DNA of 64,000 bases from a virus (taxonomy: Duplodnaviria > Caudoviricetes): the IMG/VR virus record IMGVR_UViG_3300032213_001568, positions 1-64,000 of that record. One strand, given 5' to 3'. The notes beneath the pieces were generated by a model, which was given only the letters and a program-made list of their open reading frames with translations, ran no database searches and was not told the origin of the DNA. The position numbers and the translations under genes were made by a program. This document shows, one piece after another, positions 1 to 10,725 of this stretch. Every line of letters begins with the position of its first letter. Position 1 is the first letter of the stretch.

Positions 1-2697
1 AATGGTTCTTCGGGTACAAGTGGAAGTAGTGGTAGTTCTGGTTCCGTTGGTACGTCAGGTTCTTCAGGAAGTTCAGGTTCAAGAGGAAGTAGTGGTTCTT
101 CAGGGTCTAGTGGTAGTGTAGGAACAAGCGGAACTTCTGGTTCTTCAGGAACTTCTGGTAGTTCAGGTTCAAGTGGTTCTTCAGGTTCGGCAGGTACATC
201 AGGTGTTAATGGTAGTTCAGGAACATCAGGGACAAGTGGTTCGTCAGGTTCTAGCGGTAGCGCTGGAAGCTCAGGAAGTTCTGGTTCTGTTGGTACTTCA
301 GGAACATCTGGTTCAAGTGGAAGCTCGGGGTCATCTGGAAGCTCAGGAAGTAGTGGTTCATCAGGTACATCGGGGGCCAACGGAAGTTCAGGTACAAGTG
401 GCTCTTCAGGAAGTAGTGGTAGTTCAGGGTCATCTGGTTCTGCGGGTACATCGGGAGCTAACGGAAGTTCAGGAACATCTGGTTCAAGTGGTAGTGCTGG
501 AAGCTCAGGAAGTAGTGGTAGTTCTGGTTCCGTTGGTACGTCAGGTTCTAGCGGTTCATCAGGAAGTTCTGGCACGAGTGGAAGTTCAGGAAGTAGTGGC
601 TCATCAGGTTCTTCAGGAAGTACTGGTTCAAGAGGAACATCAGGTACTTCAGGAACATCTGGTACATCAGGTGCTAATGGAAGTAGTGGAACTTCTGGTT
701 CATCAGGTTCTAGTGGAAGTGCTGGTTCATCAGGAAGTTCAGGTTCAACTGGTACATCTGGTTCTTCAGGAACATCGGGTTCAAGTGGTAGTTCAGGAAG
801 TACAGGTTCTTCTGGTTCAAGTGGAACATCAGGTTCGTCAGGAAGTAGTGGAAGTTCCGGCTCATCAGGCTCAAGTGGGTCTGCTGGAACTTCAGGGGCT
901 AACGGAAGTTCAGGAACAAGTGGTTCTTCAGGTTCTAGCGGTAGTGCTGGAAGCTCAGGAAGTTCTGGAACATCAGGTAGTAGTGGTTCTAGTGGAAGTG
1001 CTGGTTCATCAGGAAGTGCTGGTTCATCAGGTACATCAGGTGCTAATGGAAGCAGTGGAACCTCTGGGTCAAGTGGTTCATCAGGAAGTGCTGGTTCATC
1101 AGGTTCAAGTGGAAGTTCAGGAACATCAGGAGCTAACGGAAGTTCGGGAACATCAGGGACAAGTGGTTCGTCAGGTTCTAGCGGTAGTGCTGGAAGCTCA
1201 GGAAGTACTGGTTCATCGGGTACATCAGGTGCCAATGGAAGCAGTGGAACATCTGGTTCAAGTGGTAGTTCAGGAAGTAGTGGAAGTTCTGGTAATACAG
1301 GTTCATCAGGAACGAGTGGGAGTTCAGGAACATCAGGTTCAAGCGGAAGTTCGGGCTCAAGTGGAAGTTCAGGTAATACAGGTTCTTCGGGTACAAGTGG
1401 TAGTTCAGGAACATCAGGTTCATCAGGAACTAGCGGTTCATCAGGTAGTGCTGGCTCAAGTGGAAGTTCAGGTAATACAGGTTCTTCGGGTACAAGTGGT
1501 AGTTCAGGAACATCAGGTTCTTCAGGAAGTAGTGGTAGTTCAGGTTCAGTAGGAACTAGTGGTTCTTCAGGAAGTGCGGGTAGTTCAGGGTCAAGTGGAA
1601 ATACAGGTTCATCTGGTACTAGTGGAAGTTCAGGCACATCAGGTAGTTCAGGGTCAAGCGGAAGTTCAGGTTCATCAGGTAATACTGGAAGTAGTGGAAC
1701 TAGCGGTAGTTCTGGTAGTACAGGTTCTAGTGGAAGTTCAGGTTCATCAGGTATTACAGGAAGTAGTGGAACTAGTGGTAGTTCAGGAACATCAGGTAGT
1801 AGCGGTTCATCAGGAAGTTCTGGTTCATCGGGTATTACAGGTAGTAGTGGAACGTCAGGTTCTTCGGGTACATCTGGGTCAAGTGGAAGTGCAGGGTCAT
1901 CGGGAAGTTCAGGTTCAGGCTCTTCGGGTACTAGCGGTTCATCAGGGACATCCGGTTCAAGTGGGTCGTCAGGTTCAAGTGGAAGTGCTGGGTCAAGTGG
2001 GACTAGTGGCTCTTCGGGAACGTCAGGTTCATCAGGTTCAAGTGGAAGCTCAGGTTCTTCAGGTATTACAGGAAGTAGTGGAACTAGCGGTTCTTCAGGA
2101 AGTGCCGGTTCATCAGGTAGCTCAGGTTCAGGTTCATCAGGAACAAGCGGATTAGATGGTATTAGTGGAACATCTGGTTCATCAGGTTTTGGTTCTTCAG
2201 GGACAAGTGGAAGCTCAGGAACATCAGGTTCAAGTGGTTCATCAGGTAGTTCTGGGTCATCAGGAAGTACAGGTTCAAGAGGTACTAGCGGTAGTTCGGG
2301 AACATCAGGTTCATCGGGAACAAGTGGTACTAGCGGTTCATCAGGAACATCGGGAAGTGCTGGTTCATCAGGTACTAGCGGTTCATCAGGAACATCGGGG
2401 TCAAGTGGCTCATCAGGCTCAAGTGGAACTAGCGGTAGTTCGGGGACATCAGGTTCTAGTGGAAGCTCAGGTTCTTCAGGAAGTACAGGGTCAAGAGGTA
2501 CGAGCGGAAGTTCTGGTACATCAGGTTCTAATGGAAGTAGTGGTACTAGCGGAAGTTCAGGAACGTCGGGAAGTACTGGTTCATCAGGAAGTTCAGGTTC
2601 AGGTTCTTCAGGAACTAGTGGAGCAGCAGGTGCTGCGGGTGGAACATTCACATTAGGACTTGTTTATACAACAGCAAACAATTTTAACTTTATATAA
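1..2697 (+). CDS. 5'-partial (Gly-Ser-Ser/Thr)n collagen-like/polyglycine-II repeat protein, probable tail fibre
   Basis: Frame 1 reads NGSSGTSGSSGSSGSVGTSG from base 1 and ends GTFTLGLVYTTANNFNFI* at TAA 2695-2697; Gly at nearly every third residue; absent from the ORF track because the start is outside the window. Confidence 0.9.
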   Translation, partial: NGSSGTSGSSGSSGSVGTSGSSGSSGSRGSSGSSGSSGSVGTSGTSGSSGTSGSSGSSGSSGSAGTSGVNGSSGTSGTSGSSGSSGSAGSSGSSGSVGTSGTSGSSGSSGSSGSSGSSGSSGTSGANGSSGTSGSSGSSGSSGSSGSAGTSGANGSSGTSGSSGSAGSSGSSGSSGSVGTSGSSGSSGSSGTSGSSGSSGSSGSSGSTGSRGTSGTSGTSGTSGANGSSGTSGSSGSSGSAGSSGSSGSTGTSGSSGTSGSSGSSGSTGSSGSSGTSGSSGSSGSSGSSGSSGSAGTSGANGSSGTSGSSGSSGSAGSSGSSGTSGSSGSSGSAGSSGSAGSSGTSGANGSSGTSGSSGSSGSAGSSGSSGSSGTSGANGSSGTSGTSGSSGSSGSAGSSGSTGSSGTSGANGSSGTSGSSGSSGSSGSSGNTGSSGTSGSSGTSGSSGSSGSSGSSGNTGSSGTSGSSGTSGSSGTSGSSGSAGSSGSSGNTGSSGTSGSSGTSGSSGSSGSSGSVGTSGSSGSAGSSGSSGNTGSSGTSGSSGTSGSSGSSGSSGSSGNTGSSGTSGSSGSTGSSGSSGSSGITGSSGTSGSSGTSGSSGSSGSSGSSGITGSSGTSGSSGTSGSSGSAGSSGSSGSGSSGTSGSSGTSGSSGSSGSSGSAGSSGTSGSSGTSGSSGSSGSSGSSGITGSSGTSGSSGSAGSSGSSGSGSSGTSGLDGISGTSGSSGFGSSGTSGSSGTSGSSGSSGSSGSSGSTGSRGTSGSSGTSGSSGTSGTSGSSGTSGSAGSSGTSGSSGTSGSSGSSGSSGTSGSSGTSGSSGSSGSSGSTGSRGTSGSSGTSGSNGSSGTSGSSGTSGSTGSSGSSGSGSSGTSGAAGAAGGTFTLGLVYTTANNFNFI

Positions 2698-2733
2698 TAT
2701 TTATAATAAACTAAATTAAATTATAATAATAAT

Positions 2734-3162
2734 ATGCCAGCAAATACATCACCAATTTTTACACTAACTCCAGCGGTTGAATGGGGGTTAAATATGAACG
2801 TTGCAAATACGGGTAATATGTCTGCGGGAACCGCATATCTAATATGGAGCGCTGGAACCAACGGAAGTTATGTACAAAAAATAAGATTTAGACATCAATC
2901 AACTAATACAACTAATAGTGCAGCGACTGTTGCTCGTGTTTTTATCAATAATGGTGGGGCAACTGGAACTACAGCTAATAATACAATATTTGATGAAATA
3001 ACAATTGCCGCAAATACGGTATCTCAAGTTGCTGCATCAACAAACTATGAGTTACCATTAAACTTTGCCTTACCTCCATTATATACAATATATGTTACTT
3101 TAGGTACCGCCCCAAGTGCTGGTTCATTTATTCAAGCAACTGCTATAGGAGGGGATTACTAA
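2734..3162 (+). CDS. Tail-fibre-associated structural protein
   Basis: 142 aa Thr/Asn/Ala-rich ORF right after the fibre gene; TATTTATA at 2698-2705. Confidence 0.6.
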   Translation: MPANTSPIFTLTPAVEWGLNMNVANTGNMSAGTAYLIWSAGTNGSYVQKIRFRHQSTNTTNSAATVARVFINNGGATGTTANNTIFDEITIAANTVSQVAASTNYELPLNFALPPLYTIYVTLGTAPSAGSFIQATAIGGDY

Positions 3163-3338
3163 TGATTTATGACAAAATTAGATTTGAGTATGGGTCACCT
3201 GTTGAATACGGGTATAGAATCTTGGATAGTAGTGGTAACGAAATTAGAATAACTGATTTGGATGGTAATACATTAAATCTAACTCAATATGGTTATATGT
3301 GTGTGTTACCAAATCCATTACCATCATGGGCGACATAA
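3162..3338 (+). CDS. Small hypothetical protein (58 aa, MIYDKIRFEYG...LPSWAT)
   Basis: ATG overlaps the upstream TAA (TAATG); fills the gap to the next gene. Confidence 0.7.
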   Translation: MIYDKIRFEYGSPVEYGYRILDSSGNEIRITDLDGNTLNLTQYGYMCVLPNPLPSWAT

Positions 3339-3341
3339 TTT

Positions 3342-4247
3342 ATGATTGACTATTATCATTTAGCCGACAATCAATATCACAATCAAATCTATACTGGACC
3401 AATAGGTACCAACGCAACTTTAAGTACTTTTTTTTGGGTTAAACCAAGAGGTATTACTATGGTACATATTACAGCTATTGGTGCTGGAGGAGGAGGAGGT
3501 GCAGGTGTCGCGTCCGCAACATCAACTGCTGGTTCAGGAGGTAGCGGTGGTGGTTCAGGGGCAATAACAAGATTGACGATACCTGCAATTTTTATAACTG
3601 ATAGTTTAGAAATAACCGTTGCCGCTGGAGGTTCTGGTGGACCTACAGGTGGTGGAGCTACTGCGGGTAACACATTTGTTGATTGTGCTAGAGGTACCGA
3701 TGTTGCGGCAACTCGTTTAATACAGGCTAATGGAGGTGCAGGAGGTAGTGTCGGAAACGCGGCAGGTAATGTCGCAGGTGGAAGTGCAGGAGCCATTGGA
3801 GTAACAACAAATGCAATATACCAATCATTAGGTTCGTGGGTATCTATTGCCGGACAAACAGGTGCTAACTCAGGAGCGGGAGGAGCCGATGGTCTATCTA
3901 TTGCATTTGCAAGTTCAGGATTACCTATAACAGGTGGTGCAAGCGGTGGTGGAAAAACTGCGGCTAACGCCAATAATACTGGAGGTAGTATTACAAGTAG
4001 TGTTTTGGTTTTACCAACTATTGATGGTGGTGCCGCAGCAACTAACGGTGGTGGAGGTTATTTTTCACAAACTCCATTTTTTTCATTAGGTGGTGCTGGT
4101 GGAGGAGCAAACGCTGCGGGTACCGGAGGACGTGGAGGTAATGGAGAAATTGGTTGTGGGGGCGGAGGTGGTGGAGCAGGTCTTACTGGTGGTAATGGAC
4201 CAGGAGGTAATGGTGGGCCAGGCATGGTAATAATCACGTGTTGGTAA
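3342..4247 (+). CDS. Glycine-rich tail/adhesin protein, paralog 1
   Basis: KPRGITMVHITAIGAGGGGG, poly-Gly tracts, C-terminal GMVIITCW. Confidence 0.75.
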   Translation: MIDYYHLADNQYHNQIYTGPIGTNATLSTFFWVKPRGITMVHITAIGAGGGGGAGVASATSTAGSGGSGGGSGAITRLTIPAIFITDSLEITVAAGGSGGPTGGGATAGNTFVDCARGTDVAATRLIQANGGAGGSVGNAAGNVAGGSAGAIGVTTNAIYQSLGSWVSIAGQTGANSGAGGADGLSIAFASSGLPITGGASGGGKTAANANNTGGSITSSVLVLPTIDGGAAATNGGGGYFSQTPFFSLGGAGGGANAAGTGGRGGNGEIGCGGGGGGAGLTGGNGPGGNGGPGMVIITCW

Positions 4248-4259
4248 TATATATGTAAT

Positions 4260-5144
4260 ATGAGTTTTTTATATGATTTAGCGGATACAAGATATAAGAC
4301 AAGTGTGTTCTATCAGTCAGGCAGTTGGACCAAACCACAAGGTATAACTATGGTATCTATCACGGCTATTGGTGCTGGTGGTGGAGGTCTTGGTGGGGCA
4401 ACTAGTACCTCTGGTAACACAAGACAAGGTGGTTCCGGCGGAGGTTCTGGAAATATTACAAGATTAATTATTCCTGAGATGTTTATTACTGATTCCTTAA
4501 TAATAAATATAGGTATTGGAGGTAACGGAGGGGCATCAGGTGGAGGAGTTGGAGGTAATGGTGGTAACACAACTGTTGATATGCCTGTACGAGGTAATAC
4601 TGACATATATACACGTGTTATTATCGCCTCAGGTGGAACTGGAGGTGTTTCAATCGCTCCTGGTGCTGGCGCAGCCGCTTCGGTCATTGGTGATGCGTTA
4701 TATTCAAGTATGGGTGTTTGGATGTCACTTGCGGGTGTTAATGGTGGAGGTGGAAGTGGTATTGATGGACTCTCAGTAACTTTTGCAAGTGGTGGACTAC
4801 CAATAACAGGTGGTGCTGGTGGTGGTGGAATGACTGGTAACGTAACAACACCATCTTCAGGTGGAGCAATCACAGGTGCTGGATTTGTGCCTACAAATCC
4901 TGGTGGTGTTGGTAATACCGCCTCATCAGGAGGAACTATGGGGGTATATTCAATCACCCCTTTTTATTCTCTTGGTGGTAGTGGAGGTGGAGGTGGGGGA
5001 ACAACTCCAGTTTCAGGTGGGAACGGTGGTAATGGTAATCCTGGATGTGGAGGTGGTGGAGGTGGTGCTGGCACTTCACCTACAGGTGCTGGAGGAACAG
5101 GAGGACGTGGTGGAGATGGTTTAGTAATAATACAGTGTTGGTAA
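4260..5144 (+). CDS. Glycine-rich tail/adhesin protein, paralog 2
   Basis: KPQGITMVSITAIGAGGGG ... GDGLVIIQCW. Confidence 0.75.
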   Translation: MSFLYDLADTRYKTSVFYQSGSWTKPQGITMVSITAIGAGGGGLGGATSTSGNTRQGGSGGGSGNITRLIIPEMFITDSLIINIGIGGNGGASGGGVGGNGGNTTVDMPVRGNTDIYTRVIIASGGTGGVSIAPGAGAAASVIGDALYSSMGVWMSLAGVNGGGGSGIDGLSVTFASGGLPITGGAGGGGMTGNVTTPSSGGAITGAGFVPTNPGGVGNTASSGGTMGVYSITPFYSLGGSGGGGGGTTPVSGGNGGNGNPGCGGGGGGAGTSPTGAGGTGGRGGDGLVIIQCW

Positions 5145-5154
5145 AAATTTAATT

Positions 5155-6072
5155 ATGGATTTTGCATATAATTTAACAAATAACGCTCACAAAACGCAAA
5201 TATATCAAAGTGATGGTACATACGTTTATACTTTACCTAAAGGTATAACTATGGTCTATATCTTATGTATGGGCGCGGGAGGTGGAGGAGGAGGAGGATT
5301 TACTCGAGCCGCTGGTTCAGCTGGTGGTGGAGGTGGAGGTGGAGGAACAGGGGCTCTTACTCGTGTAGTTATACCTAAGATTTTTTTATCAGATTCTTTA
5401 ATTATATCGGTTGGTACGGGAGGACCAGGTGGTGCTGGTGGTAATCCTGCAACTGCGGGTACTGCTGGTGGTCAATCTATTGTTAGTACTAACTTAGGTG
5501 GTGCGCTGACTTTAACTAATTTATATATTGCTCAGGCTAATGGAGGTTCTGCCGGAAATCCTGGAACAGGTGCTGTGGGGGGTACAGGAGGTAATGGTGG
5601 TACTTCGACAACTAATACAGGTATGGGTATGGTATCATTGGGTACATTTACAAACAGAATTGGTATTAATGCTGGTGATGGTGGTTTCCCTGCCTCAGGA
5701 AATGTTTTATATGGTGGTGGGTCAATACCTTTTACCGCAGGAAGAGGTGGTGGTGGTATTAACGCAGCAACGCCTGGACTAGAACGAGATGGTGGTGGAA
5801 TTACTGGTAGAGGATTTGTTCCTGATTTTGCAGGCGGTACTGGAGGAAATGGAGTTGCCGGTGGAAATGGACCTAATGGAAACTTTATGATGAAACCATT
5901 TGTTTCTTTCGGTGGATGCGGTGGTGGAAGTAGTAACTCAACCACAGGTGGAAACGGTGGAAAAGGTGGACAAGGTACAGGTGGAGGTGGAGGTGGTGCT
6001 GGAACATCACCATCTAATGGAGGTGCCGGTGGTCCTGGTGGAGATGGTTTAGTAATCATAACTTGTTGGTAA
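5155..6072 (+). CDS. Glycine-rich tail/adhesin protein, paralog 3
   Basis: LPKGITMVYILCMGAGGGGG ... GDGLVIITCW. Confidence 0.75.
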   Translation: MDFAYNLTNNAHKTQIYQSDGTYVYTLPKGITMVYILCMGAGGGGGGGFTRAAGSAGGGGGGGGTGALTRVVIPKIFLSDSLIISVGTGGPGGAGGNPATAGTAGGQSIVSTNLGGALTLTNLYIAQANGGSAGNPGTGAVGGTGGNGGTSTTNTGMGMVSLGTFTNRIGINAGDGGFPASGNVLYGGGSIPFTAGRGGGGINAATPGLERDGGGITGRGFVPDFAGGTGGNGVAGGNGPNGNFMMKPFVSFGGCGGGSSNSTTGGNGGKGGQGTGGGGGGAGTSPSNGGAGGPGGDGLVIITCW

Positions 6073-6081
6073 TTATATAAT

Positions 6082-6381
6082 ATGACATACGTAGAAATAT
6101 CAAATATAAACGGAACACCACCTTTTCAAATTTATTTATGTGATTATGGTGGTAATAATTGTTCTTTGGTTCAGACGGAATATGACCCTGTTTATTGGCC
6201 CGTAATTGTTTATCTTCCATTGTCTTTGATTGGGTCAAGTCAAGTGATGTGTAAAGTTATTGATGGAAATTCTTGTGAGACTTTTAATATTTTAGTTTGT
6301 CCAACACCTACACCAACACCGACTATGACAGTTACCCCAACATCAACACCTACTCCAACACCTACACCAAGTACTACTTAA
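6082..6381 (+). CDS. Small Cys-containing protein with C-terminal Pro-Thr tail
   Basis: GTPPFQIYLC...CKVIDGNSC then PTPTPTPT; paralog of 13899-14120. Confidence 0.7.
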   Translation: MTYVEISNINGTPPFQIYLCDYGGNNCSLVQTEYDPVYWPVIVYLPLSLIGSSQVMCKVIDGNSCETFNILVCPTPTPTPTMTVTPTSTPTPTPTPSTT

Positions 6382-6433
6382 TTTTATTATGATTTATCAT
6401 ACATAAAAATAAATTTCTTGTTATTTATATGTA

Positions 6434-8497
6434 ATGGCACTTGGATTTCAAAATTGTTGTGATGTAGAAGATTATTTTTATGTAACAGGTATACCTGGTT
6501 CGGTTTCTGAATTTGAAATATATTATATAGAAACTGTCGAAGGTGAAACTTTATGTGGGACATATGTTGAACTACCTACATTAAACTATCAACCAATTAC
6601 TTATGATTTGGTTGGAATGACCGCACAGACAAGTTGTGCAAATTGTAATTTATTAAACCCTTGTCCGACAGGTATTATTATAGATTTTAACACTCAAAAT
6701 ACCGGTATTTTCACAACTGTTAACGAATGTAATATTAGAACTATTTTTCCGTTTTCTGCTGAATGTGTAACAACATATCCTACTATTGAAGGTATTACAG
6801 ATGGTTCAGTTGGTTTATTTGTTACGGGTGGAACACCACCCTATAGTTTCTACAGTGCAACTACTGAAACACCAATACGTATTGGTAATGATGGATTACC
6901 TATTAATAATGTTTATTCATTATTTGAAAATGTACCTGGTGGAACATACTCAATTTTAGTTCATGATTATTATGGTGATAATATTCAGATAATTGACTGT
7001 ACGATTCCTGCGGTACCTGAGCGTTTAGGTGGTATATGTTTACCTACTAATCCTGAATTTGGATTACCTAGTTCAGGTGAACTTAACTTATATATTACAG
7101 GTGGAACTTATCCATATTTTTATACGTTAAATGGAATTCCTATTGCGTTACCGCTAACAAATCTTACTGCTGATACATATACTATTATTGTAGAAGATAG
7201 TGGGGTTGACGCTTACAATCAAACCTTTACTATTTCGTGTACTTTACAAAACGCTGAAGATGTTGTTTATCCAAGTCAGTTATGTATGAGTTTTGAATAT
7301 TGTAATGTACAATTTTATTTAAATTTTGTAAGTGCTAGTACATACAATTATCGACCATTATATAGTGCGACAACACCAAGTAATATAAGTGTTACAGGTA
7401 TGACCTTATATTATGAAGATTATTGGTTATCGTCTATTCAAAATCATAATGCTCCGTTGGCAGTTCCTGGTGAATGTACACAACAAGAAACTGTTAGTTT
7501 TAATATTGGTAATATTAATAGTATACTGCCTACAGATTCTGCTTGGATTGGTGGTGGTACTTTTACTGGTGTAAATAATATCAGTGTTATTGAAGGGACT
7601 TGTGCTCAAACAACACCACCAACATTAAGTGTTCAATCAGAAAATATTTGTTCTACATCATCATGTCAAGCAAGTGCTACCATAACGGCTAACTCACCAA
7701 ATGGTGGACCATTTATTTATTTTGTTGATGATGTTCAATCAAACTCACCAATATTTGAAAATTTATGTACGGGTAGTCATATTGCTCAAGTAATTGATGG
7801 TGTGGGTAATTTAAGTAATACTGTAAGTTTTACTGTTGAAAGTAATGTACCCGCACAGGCTACCGCCTTGAGTTGTATTACATTTCCGGCTTTAAATAAC
7901 ATTGTTAATACACCAACAGGTGGTAACAAAAAATGGACTTTTAAGTTTAAACTTCAAAACATTTCCCAAGGGTGTTTAATGAGTGCTAAAGTTAGAATTA
8001 TCTATTCGTATAAAGAATGGTCACCTAATACATTAGTGACTAATCAGGTGATAACACCTTACGCTCCAAGTAATACTATACTTGCACAAACTGTCACATG
8101 GACTGAATCTACAACATTCGCTAATTTTTCAGTTCCTGAATGTTTAAGTGGACTTTATTTATCATGGCCTAATTATGTTAAAACTTATGAATCGACAAAC
8201 TTAATTAGTTTAACTAACAATACTATAATAGAATTAAATAATTTAGGATATAGTTGGAGTTGGGGTTCTCAACCCGCAACTAATCCATCATACCCTGGAT
8301 GTAAACCAAGTGTGTATGGTAGTGTTACTGTTCAGTTATTTGACTTTAAAATAAAAACCGCGGCATTATGTCCATGTCTATTACCACCAAATAATATTAC
8401 ATCAAGTATTGCTCAAGTTGGTTTAGGATATAATAATACAACACAAGCTCCTAATCTTGTTAATAATAGTCCAATAGCGCCTAATTGTACTTTTTAA
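6434..8497 (+). CDS. Cys-rich surface/virion protein with SprB-like repeats
   Basis: Repeated GGT(P/Y)PY(S/F)F/Y and Y(S/T)I.V.D motifs; TATTTATA at 6422-6429. Confidence 0.6.
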   Translation: MALGFQNCCDVEDYFYVTGIPGSVSEFEIYYIETVEGETLCGTYVELPTLNYQPITYDLVGMTAQTSCANCNLLNPCPTGIIIDFNTQNTGIFTTVNECNIRTIFPFSAECVTTYPTIEGITDGSVGLFVTGGTPPYSFYSATTETPIRIGNDGLPINNVYSLFENVPGGTYSILVHDYYGDNIQIIDCTIPAVPERLGGICLPTNPEFGLPSSGELNLYITGGTYPYFYTLNGIPIALPLTNLTADTYTIIVEDSGVDAYNQTFTISCTLQNAEDVVYPSQLCMSFEYCNVQFYLNFVSASTYNYRPLYSATTPSNISVTGMTLYYEDYWLSSIQNHNAPLAVPGECTQQETVSFNIGNINSILPTDSAWIGGGTFTGVNNISVIEGTCAQTTPPTLSVQSENICSTSSCQASATITANSPNGGPFIYFVDDVQSNSPIFENLCTGSHIAQVIDGVGNLSNTVSFTVESNVPAQATALSCITFPALNNIVNTPTGGNKKWTFKFKLQNISQGCLMSAKVRIIYSYKEWSPNTLVTNQVITPYAPSNTILAQTVTWTESTTFANFSVPECLSGLYLSWPNYVKTYESTNLISLTNNTIIELNNLGYSWSWGSQPATNPSYPGCKPSVYGSVTVQLFDFKIKTAALCPCLLPPNNITSSIAQVGLGYNNTTQAPNLVNNSPIAPNCTF

Positions 8498-8523
8498 AAT
8501 TAAAAAATGAATAATTATAAGAT

Positions 8524-10725
8524 ATGGGATATATCATAAAAGAAAATCAAGGATTATTAGTTACAAGAATTACAGATGTTGGAAGAAGAAAAATATCTGA
8601 AGGTAATTTTAATATTAGTTATTTCCAAATTGGGGATAGTGAAGTTAATTACAATACATTAACGGATTATAATAATTCTAATTTTCAAATACTCGAACCT
8701 TCATATAATGCACATAATAATGTTGGTGTACCACAGTCGAATAAAAATGATGTAAAGTATCCTTTCTATTTACAAGGTTCAACAGGAGCAACGTATGGTA
8801 TACCATTTATGGCATCTTCAGATGATTCTATTTATAATACTGCGGCACCTAATGGATTCTTTAGTGCTAGTACTGCAAGTACTTGTTTTATGCCGTATCA
8901 TTCATCGGCATATACTTATAATTCACAATATACCGTAAATTTAGCATCATCATCATTTAACGGTAATTCATCGATTATGACTTTAACGTCTAATCCATGT
9001 TTTGATTCGGCATCGGGAACTACAATATCTGCGGGAACACTTGTAACCATTTATATGAGTGGTGGTTCATCATGTGGTTGTATTAGGTCGTGTTATCCAA
9101 TATTAACATATCAAGTAACCGCATGGAATTCAGGGACATTACAATTGACAGTCGATAGACTTTTACCTGATTTAAATGGATTAGGATATACTGGAACTGC
9201 TAGATTATTCTTTTACCCTTCAGGGATGACTGGTTACGATTTACCAACTCCTATGAACTATTGGAATGATAGTGTAATCAACTATGAGTCTGTTTGTACA
9301 CCTGAGGATGGTTTAGTTAAGATTTGGAATATGAATATTCCTTGGTCTGAAAACCCTGCAGGATTATTTGAAACACAGAATAGAGGATTTAACAATTTTG
9401 GTTCTAAAGATTATATCAGTACTAAAGAATATTATGGTTATATGTCATCTAGTGGACAAACAGATACTTCAGGAACATCTTATTATAATTCATTCAATGA
9501 ACAGATAATTGTAACACCTGAAGAACAAAAGGCTATTGCAATTGTTCACTATACAAATAATACTATAATTAATTTTTACGGTGAAAAATTTGCTTGTGAA
9601 GCATATGATGTAACCGACCCAGGTGCTACGGGACAAGCTAGAAATTTCTCAATAAATTTACCATGGTTAATGTGGCATAAAAACCCAACATCATGTTGTA
9701 GTGGTGAAACATTTTGGATTGACCCTGCAGGATTTGATAATTATGATTTATTAATACCATATTACATACAATCATCTAAGAGTGTTGATATGAATAGTCC
9801 GGGTATTAGATATTATCATTTATATGATACACATGCTAATCCTGTTACAGGTAGACCAAATAGAGTTGGTAAAGTATTTCCTGATGACAAGATTATAATA
9901 TTTGACGATGAAGAAATAATCGCTGCGATGAGTAATATATCAAATAGAAACTTTACGCTTCCAGCACCTAAATTAGGGTTAATCGCTCCCGGCTCTTGTG
10001 GTGACAATTCAACGGACGGATTATTAGATAATGAAAGTCAATGTGTTTGGGTTACTTATGGATTTGAAGGTGATTGGCAAGGACTTCATTGTAATTATTA
10101 TCAAAAAATCATTGGACCAAATTCAGGTTGTAGTTTAACTGAACAAAACGTTACTGTTAGATTTGGAAATGAATTTAGATGTATGACAACTGGTACTACT
10201 AATGGATTTGGTGCAAATGGATTCTTTATACTTGCTCAAACAGGTACTACTTCACAAATCAGACCTAATCCTGAAAATTGGGTTCAGATAGATTATACAG
10301 GGGATTTATCTAATTATATATTAGGTAATTCATATATAAATCCACTTGGGTTAAGTGCAACAACATTTACTATAACACCTTCTTTATACCAGGGAGGTAC
10401 TTTATATAATTTAAATGAACAAATTGTAATACCAAGTAATTCAATATCGGAAAATGGTTTATTAGGATTTGGTGATGAATATTATTTTTACGGTAATATA
10501 AATACGGATATCCAAGCAACTATCTATGAGATGAGGTATTTAGTGAATTTACCTAACTCACAATTTGTAAATTCGTCAAATCCTACATGGACCCAAGGTA
10601 TCACACCTTATATGTCTGAAATAGGATTATATGACTCTAATAAAAATTTACTTGTGTTATCTAAGTTTCAATCACCTCAAGTTAGACAAGGTATTCAACA
10701 AGCATTAGTTAAGTTAGATTTTTAA
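8524..10725 (+). CDS. Tail/baseplate structural protein (tail-collar-fibre-like termini)
   Basis: N-terminal ITDVGRRKISEG..ISYFQIGDSE and C-terminal SEIGLYDSNKNLLVLSKF...VKLDF. Confidence 0.55.
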   Translation: MGYIIKENQGLLVTRITDVGRRKISEGNFNISYFQIGDSEVNYNTLTDYNNSNFQILEPSYNAHNNVGVPQSNKNDVKYPFYLQGSTGATYGIPFMASSDDSIYNTAAPNGFFSASTASTCFMPYHSSAYTYNSQYTVNLASSSFNGNSSIMTLTSNPCFDSASGTTISAGTLVTIYMSGGSSCGCIRSCYPILTYQVTAWNSGTLQLTVDRLLPDLNGLGYTGTARLFFYPSGMTGYDLPTPMNYWNDSVINYESVCTPEDGLVKIWNMNIPWSENPAGLFETQNRGFNNFGSKDYISTKEYYGYMSSSGQTDTSGTSYYNSFNEQIIVTPEEQKAIAIVHYTNNTIINFYGEKFACEAYDVTDPGATGQARNFSINLPWLMWHKNPTSCCSGETFWIDPAGFDNYDLLIPYYIQSSKSVDMNSPGIRYYHLYDTHANPVTGRPNRVGKVFPDDKIIIFDDEEIIAAMSNISNRNFTLPAPKLGLIAPGSCGDNSTDGLLDNESQCVWVTYGFEGDWQGLHCNYYQKIIGPNSGCSLTEQNVTVRFGNEFRCMTTGTTNGFGANGFFILAQTGTTSQIRPNPENWVQIDYTGDLSNYILGNSYINPLGLSATTFTITPSLYQGGTLYNLNEQIVIPSNSISENGLLGFGDEYYFYGNINTDIQATIYEMRYLVNLPNSQFVNSSNPTWTQGITPYMSEIGLYDSNKNLLVLSKFQSPQVRQGIQQALVKLDF

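Noticed and set aside
173-2656. Long VLQVHQE-type ORFs in the ORF track (173-1552, 1559-2155, 2156-2656)
   Set aside because: Frame-shifted shadows of the (GSS)n gene in frame 1
3389-6059. Pro-rich minus-strand ORFs
   Set aside because: Antisense shadows of Gly (GGN) codons in the three glycine-rich genes
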